Positions 1 to 12,131 of a stretch of DNA of 64,000 nucleotides are shown one piece after another. The notes under the pieces are model-generated. The model was given only the letters and a program-made list of their open reading frames with translations. It had not been told where the DNA came from and searched no databases. Source of the DNA: Octopus bimaculoides (Eukaryota); NCBI RefSeq assembly GCF_001194135.2, contig NC_068983.1:93020709-93084708 (forward strand), read 5' to 3'. The position numbers and the translations under genes were made by a program. How positions within the stretch are numbered: the stretch's first letter is position 1; each line of letters opens with the position of its first letter.

Positions 1-557
1 TACAGCTTAAAATACCGTTCACAAAGATGGTATGGTGCCTTTAAAATAATAACAAAAAATAGCTTCTAGAGATGCTGCTTGGTTTATTGGCATCTGCTCC
101 CATCGAATCTACCAAAGAGTTAATCCAGTGCATAAATAAGAGAGAGAGAACAGAAGCAAAGAGTTGCTCCAAGTACTTGTCTAGTACCTTAAATTACTCA
201 GAAAAGGTGAAAAGTATCAATAAGCATACAAAATGTTGAACAGTATGAAAAGCATCAGTGAGCATGTTGCAATTTAATGGTAAACTGAATAAAGAGAAAT
301 CTACTCAAACTACAATGATGTCATGGTAATCAACATAATCACTACAAACGACATTGCAATCTTCTGCTAATTAAAATCAAGATACTAATTATAATAAAGA
401 CCTATACAGATTTTTGAACTTGAAATGAAAAAAAATTATCATTCTAGGATAGGATTGGTTTTTGATTACTAAAGCCAACATAGTGCTAATAACATTTGTA
501 AGCTTTATCACACTGCTGAAGTTAACATAGTTGGTGTTTAACTTAAACATCTGTAGA

Positions 558-1455
558 TTAATTTCTCACAGAAAAGTGTTGCAAACGAGGCAGTTTCAGA
601 GAATTGCAGTACTGAAGAGAAAAGAGTGAATTTAGTATAGGATTTGAGGGTGAGGAGGAAAGGGAAAGATGAATTGCTGCTTCTTGCAAATGATAACTGA
701 GGTTGTGCTGCTCATTCTCAGTCTAAGGTTTAGTTCATTATAGTGTAACCAAGCCATTGAAGCAGTTTTGCAATGTAAGAAACACATTGTGGTGTTACTG
801 CATTTTAGCTTTACAATATTGTTTTGGTCAACTTTTGAACAATTTGTTGGTCCTCAGCTTTATATAAAGTGTTGCTTGTCCCAGAAAGGGATTTGAGCCA
901 TTCTCACTACCAGCTTCACCACCATATGAGTGAAAGTTGCATATGCTAGTGGACCAGTGAAATCGAACAAAAAAATTCATTTCATTGGCCATGAAGACAG
1001 CATCTGAGTACCATGTGATAAGATGCTACTGAGGTGTGTAAACTAAATATTAACTATCATTAATTGGTTTGCAAGAGTAAAATTTATTAAGTGCCCCCCC
1101 ATTCACTAGCATAGCTAGAGTGTGTGCCACCCCTGGACCCCACAAAAAACACATTGTCTACAGCATACCCAAAAGTACTGCCTCATTAAAAGTGTTGCCC
1201 GGGGCAGACCCTCCCTTCCCCTGCTATGCTAGTGGCCCCATTAGTACAATGATTATCAACCATGAATTTACTGAAGATCCATCTATTGCTTAAATCTGCT
1301 GTACTTGTGCAAGCATTCCAATCATTGGCAATAATGAGATTGATGAATGACCTTTTAAAAGCTATCCTGATGTCTCCATAGAATGGATTCTTCATATGAT
1401 CATTGTCATCGAAGGTTTGTCCATCATCAGATAAGTGAATGTGGTCAAGAAAGAG
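558..1455 (-). pseudogene. Unidentified degraded ORF, continuous in one frame once the MITE is removed
   Basis: 759 nt (253 codons) after excising 1104-1242, with 7 internal stops. No family recognised. Confidence 0.3.
1104..1235. mobile_element. MITE with 12-bp TIRs (cactagcatagc/gctatgctagtg) and ccccatt target duplication
   Basis: TSD at 1097-1103 and 1236-1242. The same terminal sequence (cacacactctagctatgctagtg) recurs near 36505-36527. Confidence 0.7.
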
Positions 1456-2442
1456 CTACATAGAATTGTACATTAGAAAATATGAAATCAAAGATATAAT
1501 CTATTATAGGCATAGCATTTATACTATTTATTGCATTTGTAAGAAAACTGACCTGAAATATTTTAAATTATATAATTTTAGAATCTACATCTCTGTCTAG
1601 CAGCAACCATACTTCATTTACTGGAGTTTTCTTTGCCTTTCCATTGTAACTAGATAATTAAAACCATTGAATATGCTTTAAAAATGCTAACTTTGAAATG
1701 AAATTGAATATATAAGCTATCTACAATAGTTTTGTTACAATATGGCTATACTGGTAATTCTTTAATGAATCTTAAGTTGCACTACATCCTTATTTTCACA
1801 TTAGAGAAAAATACATATGGCTGGATTTGACCCCATAGTCCCAGTTCATTTGCTACTTTACAAAGCTGAAGATTCTAAAATTTATAATTTAAAATGTATA
1901 TTTCCCAGTTGATTGTCTTAAACATAATATAAATATTGTATCTATGAAAGATGATGCTTTTGATTTTGTTCTATAGTTGATCAGCCAATTGTCTTATGAA
2001 TAATATAAACATTATTTGTGTGTATACTGAATTACAGCTTTGATTTCATTGCATAGTTAAGTGCATAACTGTGGAAGATTATTATAGATTTAAAATCTGG
2101 AAGTAACCTTGCAACTTTTACAGCAAGTTTTCTATTTATAGCTCTTAAAACATATGACATCTCATCAAATTTTAAGAATTTATACAATTTCCCTAGGTAA
2201 TTTATAACAAAAATAAGGAGTGTCAACAATGGTATTGTTCAACCTCAGATCAACTCTTATAAAAGACATTCGAGCTGTGATTGATCTCTTTAGTGGTATG
2301 TATGATCTAATGTGTCTTTTTCGTTTTTAAGTTGATATGCAGTGATTTTTAAGCTGGTTGTGTGAACATGTAGAAGTTCCCACTTTATTTTATTTCATAA
2401 TGTAATATTGGTTAATAATGGTTAACTTATACTAATGACTTT

Positions 2443-2856
2443 GCTGTGTGTAGTAAGAAGTTTGCTTTTCAGCAACAGAGATCCAGGTTCAATCCCACTT
2501 GTGGTACCTTGAGCAAGTGTCTTCTACTATAGCCTAAGTCCAACCAAAAACTTGAGAGTGGATTTGATAGATGATAACTGAAAGAAAGTCTTGTATGTAT
2601 GTGTGTGTGTGTGTGTGTATCTCCTTTTCTTGACATCGCATGACAGTTGTAAAATTACTGTCCCTGTCATATGAGAAGTGCCATTCATTTCCAATAATCT
2701 ACGAGAACATATCTGACTATGGGAAAATATTATCTTGCTTGAAAACAGGCGATGGTTGGTACCAGGAAAGGCATCCAGCTGTAAAAAATCTGCCTCAATA
2801 AATTCTGCTTGATGCATGGAAAAATGGACGTTAAGAGGATGATGATGATGATGATG
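2443..2856 (+). mobile_element. tRNA-derived SINE with internal (GT)n and RTE-like tail
   Basis: Pol III-like head (gctgtgtg.gtaagaag...ggttcaatccc), ccttgagcaagtgtcttctactatagcc body, tail ggacgttaa..(gat)n shared with RTE. Confidence 0.8.
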
Positions 2857-2861
2857 AAATA

Positions 2862-3900
2862 GTTCCTTAAATTGGCAGAGGGTACAAGGCTATGAATTTT
2901 GAAGGAGGCTGTAGTTGATTATATTCACTCCACAACAATACTTGTGCATTTTCCATACTTACACAGAGATGTAAAGCAAAGTTAACCTGAGTATGATATA
3001 TAATTCTTTGTATTATAGGCACTAGGAATTTTGGGGGACGAGGATAGTTGATTACATCAGCTCCAGTACTCAACTGGTGCTTATTTCATCAACTGTGGAA
3101 GGATGAAAGGCAATGTTGACCTCGGCAGAATTTTAATTCAGAATGTGAAGACAGATGGAATGCTGCTAAGCATTTGGTGTGCCATGAAAATAATTCTGCC
3201 AGCTCAACACCTAACTACCCTAAAATATAATAATAATAATGATTTCAAATTCTAGCACAATGCTAGCAGGTTCGAGACAGAGAGTAAGCCAATTACATCA
3301 ACCCCAATGCTTGATTGGTACTTATTTTATTGACTCTGAAAGGATGGAAGCAAAGTTGACCTTGGCAGAATTTGAACTCAGAACGTAAGGATAGATGAAA
3401 TGCTGTGAAGCGTTTTGCCCAACATGCTAATGATCTTGCCAGCTCATTGCCTAAATAATAAGAATAAAAATAGTAGCAATAATTTCTAACACAGATGCAA
3501 GGCCAGGCATTTTGGAGGAAGGAACAGTTGTTTATAGTATACATGGCAAGTGCTCTATTTTATCAACTATTCTGAAACTGAAGTTGATTTTGGCAAGATT
3601 TGAACTCAAAATGCAAAAGGATATAACTAATTATAATAAGGCATTTTGTCAAGCAATCTACTAATTGTGTCAGTCAGCTGCCCTCATATAATAATAACAT
3701 CACTAAAAATAATTAAGTGAAAATTACATTTTGGTCTAAATAGTGAAAAACAAAAATCTAGGTTGTCAAACCATATATTTTGAAGAAGGTTTGTAGTTAG
3801 TTGAATCACCCAAATAATTTAAAGATACTTGTCATATTGATTTCAGGACAAAAATCAAAGGCAGTCCTAGTGAGATTTGAACTCCGAATATAAATGGATA
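2862..3900 (-). mobile_element. Head-to-tail cluster of four decayed tRNA-SINEs (third family)
   Basis: Repeated block ggatgaaaggcaa(a/t)gttgacct(c/t)ggcagaatttgaactcagaa at ~3100, ~3345, ~3585 and ~3865. Confidence 0.75.
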
Positions 3901-4366
3901 CATTAGTTTCTTTTTCAACGTATATTTCCCCATTCTTTAAAGTTTTAATTTCTGCTATATAGTAAGAAGGCATTCTGTTGTGAAACCCTACTTTTTTTTT
4001 TATTATATAGCTTTTATTTCTACATCATATGAATCAAGAAAATGAACATCACAAAGGAGATAACAAAGGATTGTGACAAGTGGTGAAGCACTATGCAAGA
4101 GAAGAACCATGCAGTACATGCAAGCATGAAAAAAACAAATGTAAGAATGATGATAAGATGGTGGTGATGGAAGTTGAGGAGTATAATCTCTTCTATCACT
4201 CTCACATAACCCACTAAATTATCACTCATTACATACATCCATCACCCCTTTCCCTCTCATCATTCTCTCTCTCTCTCCTAACATTCTCTCTTATCCCTGA
4301 ATTTTGAGTCAATTATTGGGTATGGCTAAGGAGCTAGGATAGATGTTTAATATATATGCTTAAAGG

Positions 4367-4665
4367 ACTTTCGAGTGAGACCGTTGCCAGTGCCCCTGGA
4401 CTGGCTCGTGTGCAGGTGGCACATAAAATACACCATTTTGAGTGTGGCCGTTGCTAGTACCGCCTGACTGGCCTTCGTGCGGGTGACATGTAAAAGCATC
4501 TACTACACTCTCGGAGTGGTTGACATTAGGAAGGGCATCCAGCTGTAGAAACTCTGCCAAATCAGATTGGAGCCTGGTGTAGCCTTCAGGCTCCACCAGT
4601 CCTCTGTCAAATCGTCCAACCCATGCGAGCATGGAAAGCGGACATTAAACAAACGATGATTCTCA
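4367..4665 (+). mobile_element. RTE 3' UTR fragment
   Basis: Matches 14715-15000 (tandem units, aggaagggcatccagctgtagaaac, ccaacccatgc...ggacattaa). Confidence 0.85.
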
Positions 4666-5878
4666 CTCATGCTGTTTCTATTTAATCTGTTTACCAATAA
4701 CCACCAGAGAGCTTCCTATCACACCCTTTCTCTCCACTGCCATCTGCTCGCTCTGTCCTATTACTCTGGTTCTATCACCTTGACTCTTTTGTTTTCTACC
4801 ATCAATCCTCCTCCTAGCACCCTCTCAATCACATTTCTTCTATTCAACCATTACAAAGCTTTCTATTACGCTCTCTTCTATCACTTTCTCACCGCTTCCA
4901 ATCTAGTTCTCTTCTAATTCATTCTACTATCACCTTGCTCTAGCTAGCTCTCTTTCCACCCAGAAGTATTGGAAGGAAAGGAACAAATGAATGATGACAA
5001 TGCAAAAAGAGGAGTTTTTTTTGTCATGCCAAGGGTAAAACAACCTCTCTGGTGCAAGTGACTAAACATATTAACAGAGACAATTAATATAGACAGAACT
5101 TTTTGAGCTTGTTAGGAACAAGACAGCATCTCTAGAGCTGGTGCCATGACATATTGCACCTAACAAACTCCAGTGACAAGAGGGGCATCTAACCTCAGAA
5201 ACTATGTCAAGAAATGTAATATAGGAGAAAACCATCACTATTGACCTGTTTAGGAGGCTAGGAACTTTGAATAAGATTTGACTCAGACTGTAACAATCCA
5301 TCTAATCCATGCTAGCATGGAAAAGCAACCACAAAATGATAATGATAGTGAACCCTCTTACTGTTTTTATATTTCTACAAAGCAATAGACTAATTGTAGG
5401 AAATAAATTATATTTATTTATTCATTCATCATTCTTTCTTCTTCCTCCAGATTATAAATATAATTAACCAAGTGCACATTGATCTGATAAGATTTACTGA
5501 TTAAATTAACTTACAGTACACATCTTGCTATCTGTTCTACAATAAAAAATATTCAGTGGATCCAAGACTAGATCTAGCAGTTTATCATAACCCTTCCTCA
5601 GCTGTGTAATATGATGTCAAGATTATATTTATATATAAAATGGAAACATGAAATGTCAGAGGTATCCAAAAGCAATTTTTTTCATAATGAAAGTTCTGAA
5701 AATTGCCAGAGTTTGATTTGGAGTAGAGATTATTTTTCAATTTTGTCTTATCTTCATTTGTTTGGGAATACTTTTTGCTTACAATGTTTTTTTTTCATTG
5801 TGTGTGTATATTATATATATATATATATGTATATAAATTGTAAATCCAAAAAATAACAACAAAACTACAAAGGATTCC

Positions 5879-5957
5879 GCGGTACACGTGTTTCAAGCTT
5901 TGTATGTGTATAATATAATATGTGTATAATTTACAATGTAAAGCTATCCTCAGCTGC
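5879..5957 (-). ncRNA. Second minimal type-I hammerhead motif (inverted copy)
   Basis: Reverse complement reads GCAG-CUGAGGA-u-AGCUUU...AAAGCU-u-GAAAC-ACGU-GUA-CCGC. One A.C mismatch in stem I relative to the + copy. Confidence 0.65.
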
Positions 5958-6239
5958 AAGATTATTTCTCTCCCAAGAAACTATACCACCTCGGCGTTGA
6001 AGTAGGAAGAAAGGTGTGATGTAAGAGGTGAAGATCCTTTCGGTATTCTGTATAGTACACACTGAATTGTGGCAAGGTATGGAAGGCTTTCGGAGGACCG
6101 GAGAGATTATGTCTCGGTGGAGAATTATACGAGGTATAGTACTATGCAGAATACCGAAAGGATCTTCACCTCTTACATCACACCTTTCTTCCTACTTCAA
6201 CGCTGAGGTGGTATAGTTTCCTGGGAGAGAAATAATTTT

Positions 6240-6318
6240 GCGGCTGAGGATAGCTTTACCTTGTAAATTATACACATATTATATTATACACATATAAAGC
6301 TTGAAACACGTGTACCGC
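6240..6318 (+). ncRNA. Minimal type-I hammerhead ribozyme motif (Penelope-like-element type)
   Basis: Stem I GCGG(6240-43)/CCGC(6315-18); core CUGAGGA 6244-50; stem II AGCUUUA/UAAAGCU; GAAAC 6303-07; palindromic stem III ACACGUGU; GUA triplet 6312-14. Non-canonical U.U at 10.1/11.1. Confidence 0.72.
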
Positions 6319-6452
6319 GGAATCCTTTGTAGTTTTGTTGTTATTTTTGGATTTACAATTTATTCTTTCACCGCAACCACTAGCTGGAATACACAGGTGC
6401 TTACAATTGTCAAGTATTACCTCTAAATTTCAATTTATATATATATATATAT

Positions 6453-6525
6453 TGGTGCAGGTGTGGCTGGGTGGTAAGAAACTTGCTTCCCAACCACATG
6501 GTTCCAAGTTCAGTCAACTGTGTGT

Positions 6526-6556
<31 letters not shown>

Positions 6557-6758
6557 AGTCTGTGTCTGTGTTTGTCTTCCACCATTGCTGGACAATTGGC
6601 ATTGATGTAACTTAGCAGTTTGGCAAAAGAGATAATAGAATAAGTAGCAGGCTTAAAAAAAGGCACTGGGGTCAATTCATTCGACTAAAAATTCTTCAAG
6701 GTGGTTCCCAAGCATGTCTACAGTCTATTGATGGAACCAAGTAAAAGATAAAATAAAG
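6453..6758 (+). mobile_element. tRNA-derived SINE
   Basis: Head gtggctgggtggtaagaaacttgcttcccaaccacatggttcc, (GT)n, body homologous to 46400-46845. Confidence 0.78.
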
Positions 6759-6768
6759 TATATACATA

Positions 6769-7848
6769 TAGAAGGTTGTGCAGGTAAATTGAGACCAATT
6801 TTAAGCAGTTGACTTAGCAGATTTAACATTTCATTTTTTGACAAAACCTTACTTGCTATAAACAATTTAAAAAAGAAGAAAAAATTGATAGAAAAGAACA
6901 CAAGATTCAAAGTGATTCCAAACACAATCCAAAGTTTCTTGCTAGCCTCAAATGCTTGATTGAAGCCAATCCATCCACATCCATGACAACTCTTGCAAAG
7001 AAATGCAATGTGTCCTTTTCCATGGTGTCTAGAGCTGTGAACAAAAACCTTAGCATGACTAGCTATGTTCAATGCTACTGTCACTTCCTAACAGCCAAGG
7101 CCAGAGCAGTCAGAGCCAAGAGATGCCCAAAGCATCTGTCATTCATGAAGCATCAAGGTGCAGGAAAAACTCTCGTGTTTGTAGACAAGAAGAAGTTCAC
7201 TGTGGATGTTGAACAGAATTGCAGAAATTCTCGACTGATTGCATACAACCCTTCTGACATTCCCACTATGTTTGAGACTAAGAACCCTGACTCTGTGATG
7301 GTATTTGTGGCTATGGTGAGTGATGGAAGTGTCATAAATCCACACTTCATTGAATCTGGTTTGAAGATCTGGACATCCTGAAGAACTGTCCGTTACCATG
7401 GATGGAGCAGAAATTTGGGCTTGACAATGTGGTGCTTATCCAGGATTCTGCACCATGTCATGGATCAAAAGCAACATAGGTGTTCTGGTGAAAAGGTGCC
7501 ATTTTTTTATGAGGGCTAACATCTGGCCCAGTGATAGCCCAGATCTCAACCTTCTGGATTCCTTTTTTGGGGTGTGCTTCAAGCAAGGACCAATGCTTCA
7601 CCACACTCGAGTGTCAACAGTTTGAAGACCTGCATCGTGCATGCACCATGCAAAATCAAAAAAGCAGAGGTTGCAACAGCTGCAAAAGAACTTTCATTCT
7701 CATGTGGAGGTAGTAATTGCCCAAAAGGGTGGCCATATTGAGTGATAAGTATTATATTAAAATTATATCTGTCTACTACCATTATGTTAGTATTTATAAC
7801 CAGTCTTATGCATTGTAAAAACTGTCTCAATTTACCTACAAGATCCTG
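6769..7848 (+). mobile_element. Defective Tc1/mariner-superfamily transposon, DD37D (maT-like) family
   Basis: TIR core aggtaaattgagac (6782-6795) / gtctcaatttacct (7824-7837). Transposase relics FVDKKKFTVD, KNPDSVMVF, QDSAPCH, WPSDSPDLNLLD. 37 residues between the last two Asp after correcting one frameshift. Confidence 0.88.
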
Positions 7849-8157
7849 TGTGCATATTTGGGATTTTTATTAACATACACAGCAAGGCCAGGTGCTAACT
7901 GTGAACTATAAAATAACTTTTCTTCATCTTATTGAACTTTGGTATGGGAAAAATTTACAACCTTCTACATCAATAAACCACTGTTGTGTCTGAAAGTTGT
8001 CTTTTATACGTTCTATGGATTGCTTGAAGCTTACAAACTTTCTACATCTTGATCCTTGGATCTGACCTTTACACACACATAAAAGTTATTTTATAGTTTA
8101 CAGTTAGCACCTGGGGTTGCTGTGTATGTGAATAAAAATCCTAAATTGGGGAATGGA

Positions 8158-8160
<3 letters not shown>

Positions 8161-8239
<79 letters not shown>
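8161..8239. repeat. (AT)n microsatellite at the RTE 3' end
   Basis: Direct inspection. Confidence 0.97.
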
Positions 8240-8246
<7 letters not shown>

Positions 8247-8268
8247 CACATGAATATATGTATATATA

Positions 8269-11200
8269 TCATCATCATCATTTAACGTCCGCCTTCCATG
8301 CTAGCATGGGTTGGACGATTTGACTGAGGACTGGCAAACCAGAAGGCTGCACCAGGCTCCAATCTGATCTGGCAAAGTTTCTTCAGCTGGAAACCCTTCC
8401 TAACGCCAACCACTCCTAGAGTATAGTGGGTGCTTTTACGTGCCACTGGCACGAGGGCCAGTCAGGCGGTACTGGCAAAATGAAGGAAAGGTACGCATAA
8501 GTGGGCTGGCTACACCCCTGGCTGAGGCCTCGGATTATGGTCTCACTTGGCTTGCCGGGTCTTCTCACGCACTGCATATTTCCAAAGGTTTTGGTCACAA
8601 GTCATTGCCTCCATGAGGCCTAATGTTCGAAGGTCATGCTTCACCACCTCAGCCCAGGTCTTCCTGGGTCTACTTCTTCCACAGGTACGCTCAACTGCTA
8701 GGGTGTGGCACTTTTTCACACAGCTATCTACATCCATTTTCGCCACATGACCAGACCAGCGCAATCGTCTCTCTTGCATACCACAACTGATGCTTCTTAG
8801 GTCCAACTTTTCTCTCAAAGTACTTACACTCTGTCGAGTATGCACACTGATATTACACATCCATAGGAACATACTGGCTTCATTCCTTGCGAGCTTACGC
8901 ATGTCCTCAGCAGTCACAGCCCATGTTTCACTGCCATGTAGCATGGCTGTTCATATACATGCATCATACAGTCTGTCTTTTACTCTGAGCGAGAGGCCCT
9001 TTGTCACCAGCAGAGGTAGGAGCTCTCTGAACTTTGTCCAGGCTATTCTTATTCTAGCAGCTACACTTTCAGCGCACCCTACCCCGCAACTGACTTGGTC
9101 ACCTAGGTGACGGAAGCAATCAACTACTTCTAGTTTTTCTCCCTGGAATGTGGCAGAAATTGTTCTCTGCACATTTTCAGTGTTTATTGCTCCTGAGCAT
9201 CTGCCACATACAAAAACTATCTTCCTAGTTAGCCTTCCTTTGATATTGCTGCACTGGGTGCATCTTATAGAGTTTCTACCTATGCCTTCTCTACAGATTG
9301 AGCAGGGCCATCTACCTCAAGGGGTTTGTAGTTTGTCTACCTTCCTATTTATTAGGACTTTAGTTTTAGCTAGGTTGACTCTAAGGCCTTTTCATTCTAA
9401 TCCTTGCTTCCACATCTGAAACTTCTCCTCTAGTTCTGATAGTAACTCAGCAATTAGAGCAATGTCATCAGCATAGAGGAGCTTCCAGGGGCATCCTGTC
9501 ATGAATTCCTCTGTCATTGCCTGGAGGACTATGATAAATAGAAAAGGGCTGAAGACAGCCTTGGTGGACCCCTACCTCTACCCGGAATTCTTCACTGTAC
9601 TCATTACCAACCCTTACCTTACTGACAGTGTCCCTGCTCGCACAGCTCTCACTAACCATTCATCTACCCCTAGTCTCTTCATTGACCACCAGATAAAGGA
9701 TCGGGGGACCCTGTCAAAGTCTTTCTTCATGTCAACGAAAGCCAGGTACAGAGGTTTATCTTTGGCTAGGTATTTCTCCTGCAGCTGTCTTACCAGAAAT
9801 ATAGCATCAGTGGTGCTTTTCCCTGGCACGAACCCAAACTGCATCTCATCTAAACTTACTCTCTCTCTCCCTAATTAGTTGGACTATGCTCCTCTCCGTG
9901 ACCTTCATTACCTTGTCAAACAACTTGATACCTCTGTAATTATTTGTGTCTAAAGCATCACCTTTACCTTTGTAGCAGTTAACTATGGTGCTGCTACACC
10001 AGTCATTGGGTATGACTCCTTTGTGTATCACCTGGTTAACTATATGGGTGACTAGGCTATAGACGACACTGCCAGATATTTTGAGCATCTCTGCATTGAT
10101 TCCTGATGGCCGGGGCTTTCCCAGTCTTTATACTCTTGATTGCTTTATCTACCAAGGTACTGTCAATTAGGATAGCTGGTCCCTTTGTTGGGTCGACATT
10201 TGGCAGACTCTTTCTCACATTCATTCTCTTTATATATATAACATTTATTGAGCAACCTTTCATAGTGGTGTCTCCAAACCTCTCTCTTTGCAGCCTTGTT
10301 TAGTGCAAGTGAATCATCATCCATGCAGACACATTTCTCTCCTATGACATCACAATTCTCTCTCACACACTGTCTTGCAACACGAAATACTTCAAGTCTT
10401 TGGTCCTTACGACACAGAACATTGGCAAATTTTTTCTTATTTGCTTCCCCTCTGGCTAAATAAACCTGTCTCCTAGCTTCCCTTCTGGCAGTCTGATACA
10501 ATTCCCAGCTACCTCCATTCTTCCAGTCCTTCCAAGCCTGTTTCTTTTATCTAATAGCCCTGTCAACCACATTGTTCCACCACCACGTTACCTTGTGTTG
10601 AGAGGGGACTTTGCACCATCCACAGATCTTGTCAGTGGATCTCAGCAGGTTGTCCCGTAAAAACCTCCAGTTGTCTTCCACATTATGTGATGCTATATCT
10701 CCTTCTATTTCGTCGAAGGCTTCAAGTAATACGTCTCAAAATCTCTGTCCATTTGCAGGATCATTAAGCTTCCAGACCCCTCTCCTCCAAGCTGGTCTAC
10801 TTCTGGGCATCCATTTAGCCCTGATCCTGAAGTTGCTAACTACTAATCTATGTTGAGGGGTACATTCTTCATCTGGGGAGGTTTTGGCATTTATAAGCCT
10901 CCCTCTTTCTCTAGTCCTGGCGAGGATGTAGTTGATTTGGCTAGAGTGTCTGCCGGATTGGTAGGTGACTAGGTGACAGGCGGGTTTCCTGAAGTTAGTA
11001 TTGCACACCATAAGATCATTTGCATCGCAGAATTCCAAGAGTCTGGTTCCCTCCTCATTGCGGGAACGAAAGCCATAGCCTCCATGTACACCCCATGCAT
11101 GTTGTCCGACATGTCCACTGAAATCACCAGCCACAAAGAGAAGGTCCCTGTCATTTGTCAACGAGGTAGTCTGCAACAGGGTGTCATAAAATTGGTCTTT

Positions 11201-11492
11201 CTGCCCATCCGATAGCCCCGGTTGAGGGGCATAGGCCGAGATGATGGTAGTGAACCCATGGTGAAGCACTAATCTAATCTTAAGTACTCCGTCACATACT
11301 CTGACTACCTTGATTACCTTATCAACCCATTTCTCTGCAAGAAGTATACCCATGCCCCCGACCCCATCAGTGTTCCCTGCCCAGAAAATCTTGTACCTGT
11401 GTTCTTTCCCTGTGAGGAACCTAGCGGAACCTCCTCTCCATGTTACTTCTTGGAGGCAGTACAAATCTACACGTCTCCGCTCAAGTATCTTA
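8269..11492 (-). mobile_element. RTE-clade LINE, frameshifted, 5' end lost in gap
   Basis: APE endonuclease (ORF 10736..11464: CLQE, SAYAPQ, GDF, YILAR, QHRLVV), RT fragments (YRGIKL, QFGFVPGKSTTDAIF), RTE C-terminus (RLRWSGHV, GRPRKTW) and (ATG)n 3' tail at 8269-8281. Confidence 0.95.
10736..11464 (-). pseudogene. Apurinic-endonuclease domain of the RTE LINE (242-aa open stretch)
   Basis: ORF track translation shows APE motifs. Confidence 0.9.
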
Positions 11493-12131
11493 NNNNNNNN
11501 NNNNNNNNNNNNNNNNNNNNNNNNNNNNNNNNNNNNNNNNNNNNNNNNNNNNNNNNNNNNNNNNNNNNNNNNNNNNNNNNNNNNNNNNNNNNNNNNNNNN
11601 NNNNNNNNNNNNNNNNNNNNNNNNNNNNNNNNNNNNNNNNNNNNNNNNNNNNNNNNNNNNNNNNNNNNNNNNNNNNNNNNNNNNNNNNNNNNNNNNNNNN
11701 NNNNNNNNNNNNNNNNNNNNNNNNNNNNNNNNNNNNNNNNNNNNNNNNNNNNNNNNNNNNNNNNNNNNNNNNNNNNNNNNNNNNNNNNNNNNNNNNNNNN
11801 NNNNNNNNNNNNNNNNNNNNNNNNNNNNNNNNNNNNNNNNNNNNNNNNNNNNNNNNNNNNNNNNNNNNNNNNNNNNNNNNNNNNNNNNNNNNNNNNNNNN
11901 NNNNNNNNNNNNNNNNNNNNNNNNNNNNNNNNNNNNNNNNNNNNNNNNNNNNNNNNNNNNNNNNNNNNNNNNNNNNNNNNNNNNNNNNNNNNNNNNNNNN
12001 NNNNNNNNNNNNNNNNNNNNNNNNNNNNNNNNNNNNNNNNNNNNNNNNNNNNNNNNNNNNNNNNNNNNNNNNNNNNNNNNNNNNNNNNNNNNNNNNNNNN
12101 NNNNNNNNNNNNNNNNNNNNNNNNNNNNNNN
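11493..12131. other. Assembly gap (others: 13108-13117, 45652-45791, 53318-53657, 59600-59609, 61632-62299)
   Basis: N runs. Confidence 0.99.

Larger units (their letters stand above)
5833..6363. repeat. Long inverted repeat (arms 5833-6058 and 6139-6363, 80-bp spacer), probable Penelope-like inverted pLTR remnant
   Basis: Arms of ~225 bp differ by 7 substitutions and 1 indel by manual alignment. Each arm carries a hammerhead motif. Confidence 0.9.

Noticed and set aside
5515-5536. 22-nt minus-strand segment with strong acceptor and gtaagt donor
   Set aside because: Not a multiple of 3 and no recognisable peptide; no partner exon restores the frame.
8322-8350. CTGAGGA-CTGG-caaa-CCAG in the RTE tail
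   Set aside because: Followed by AAGG, not GAAA, and antisense to the RTE transcript; it is just the RTE 3' stem-loop.
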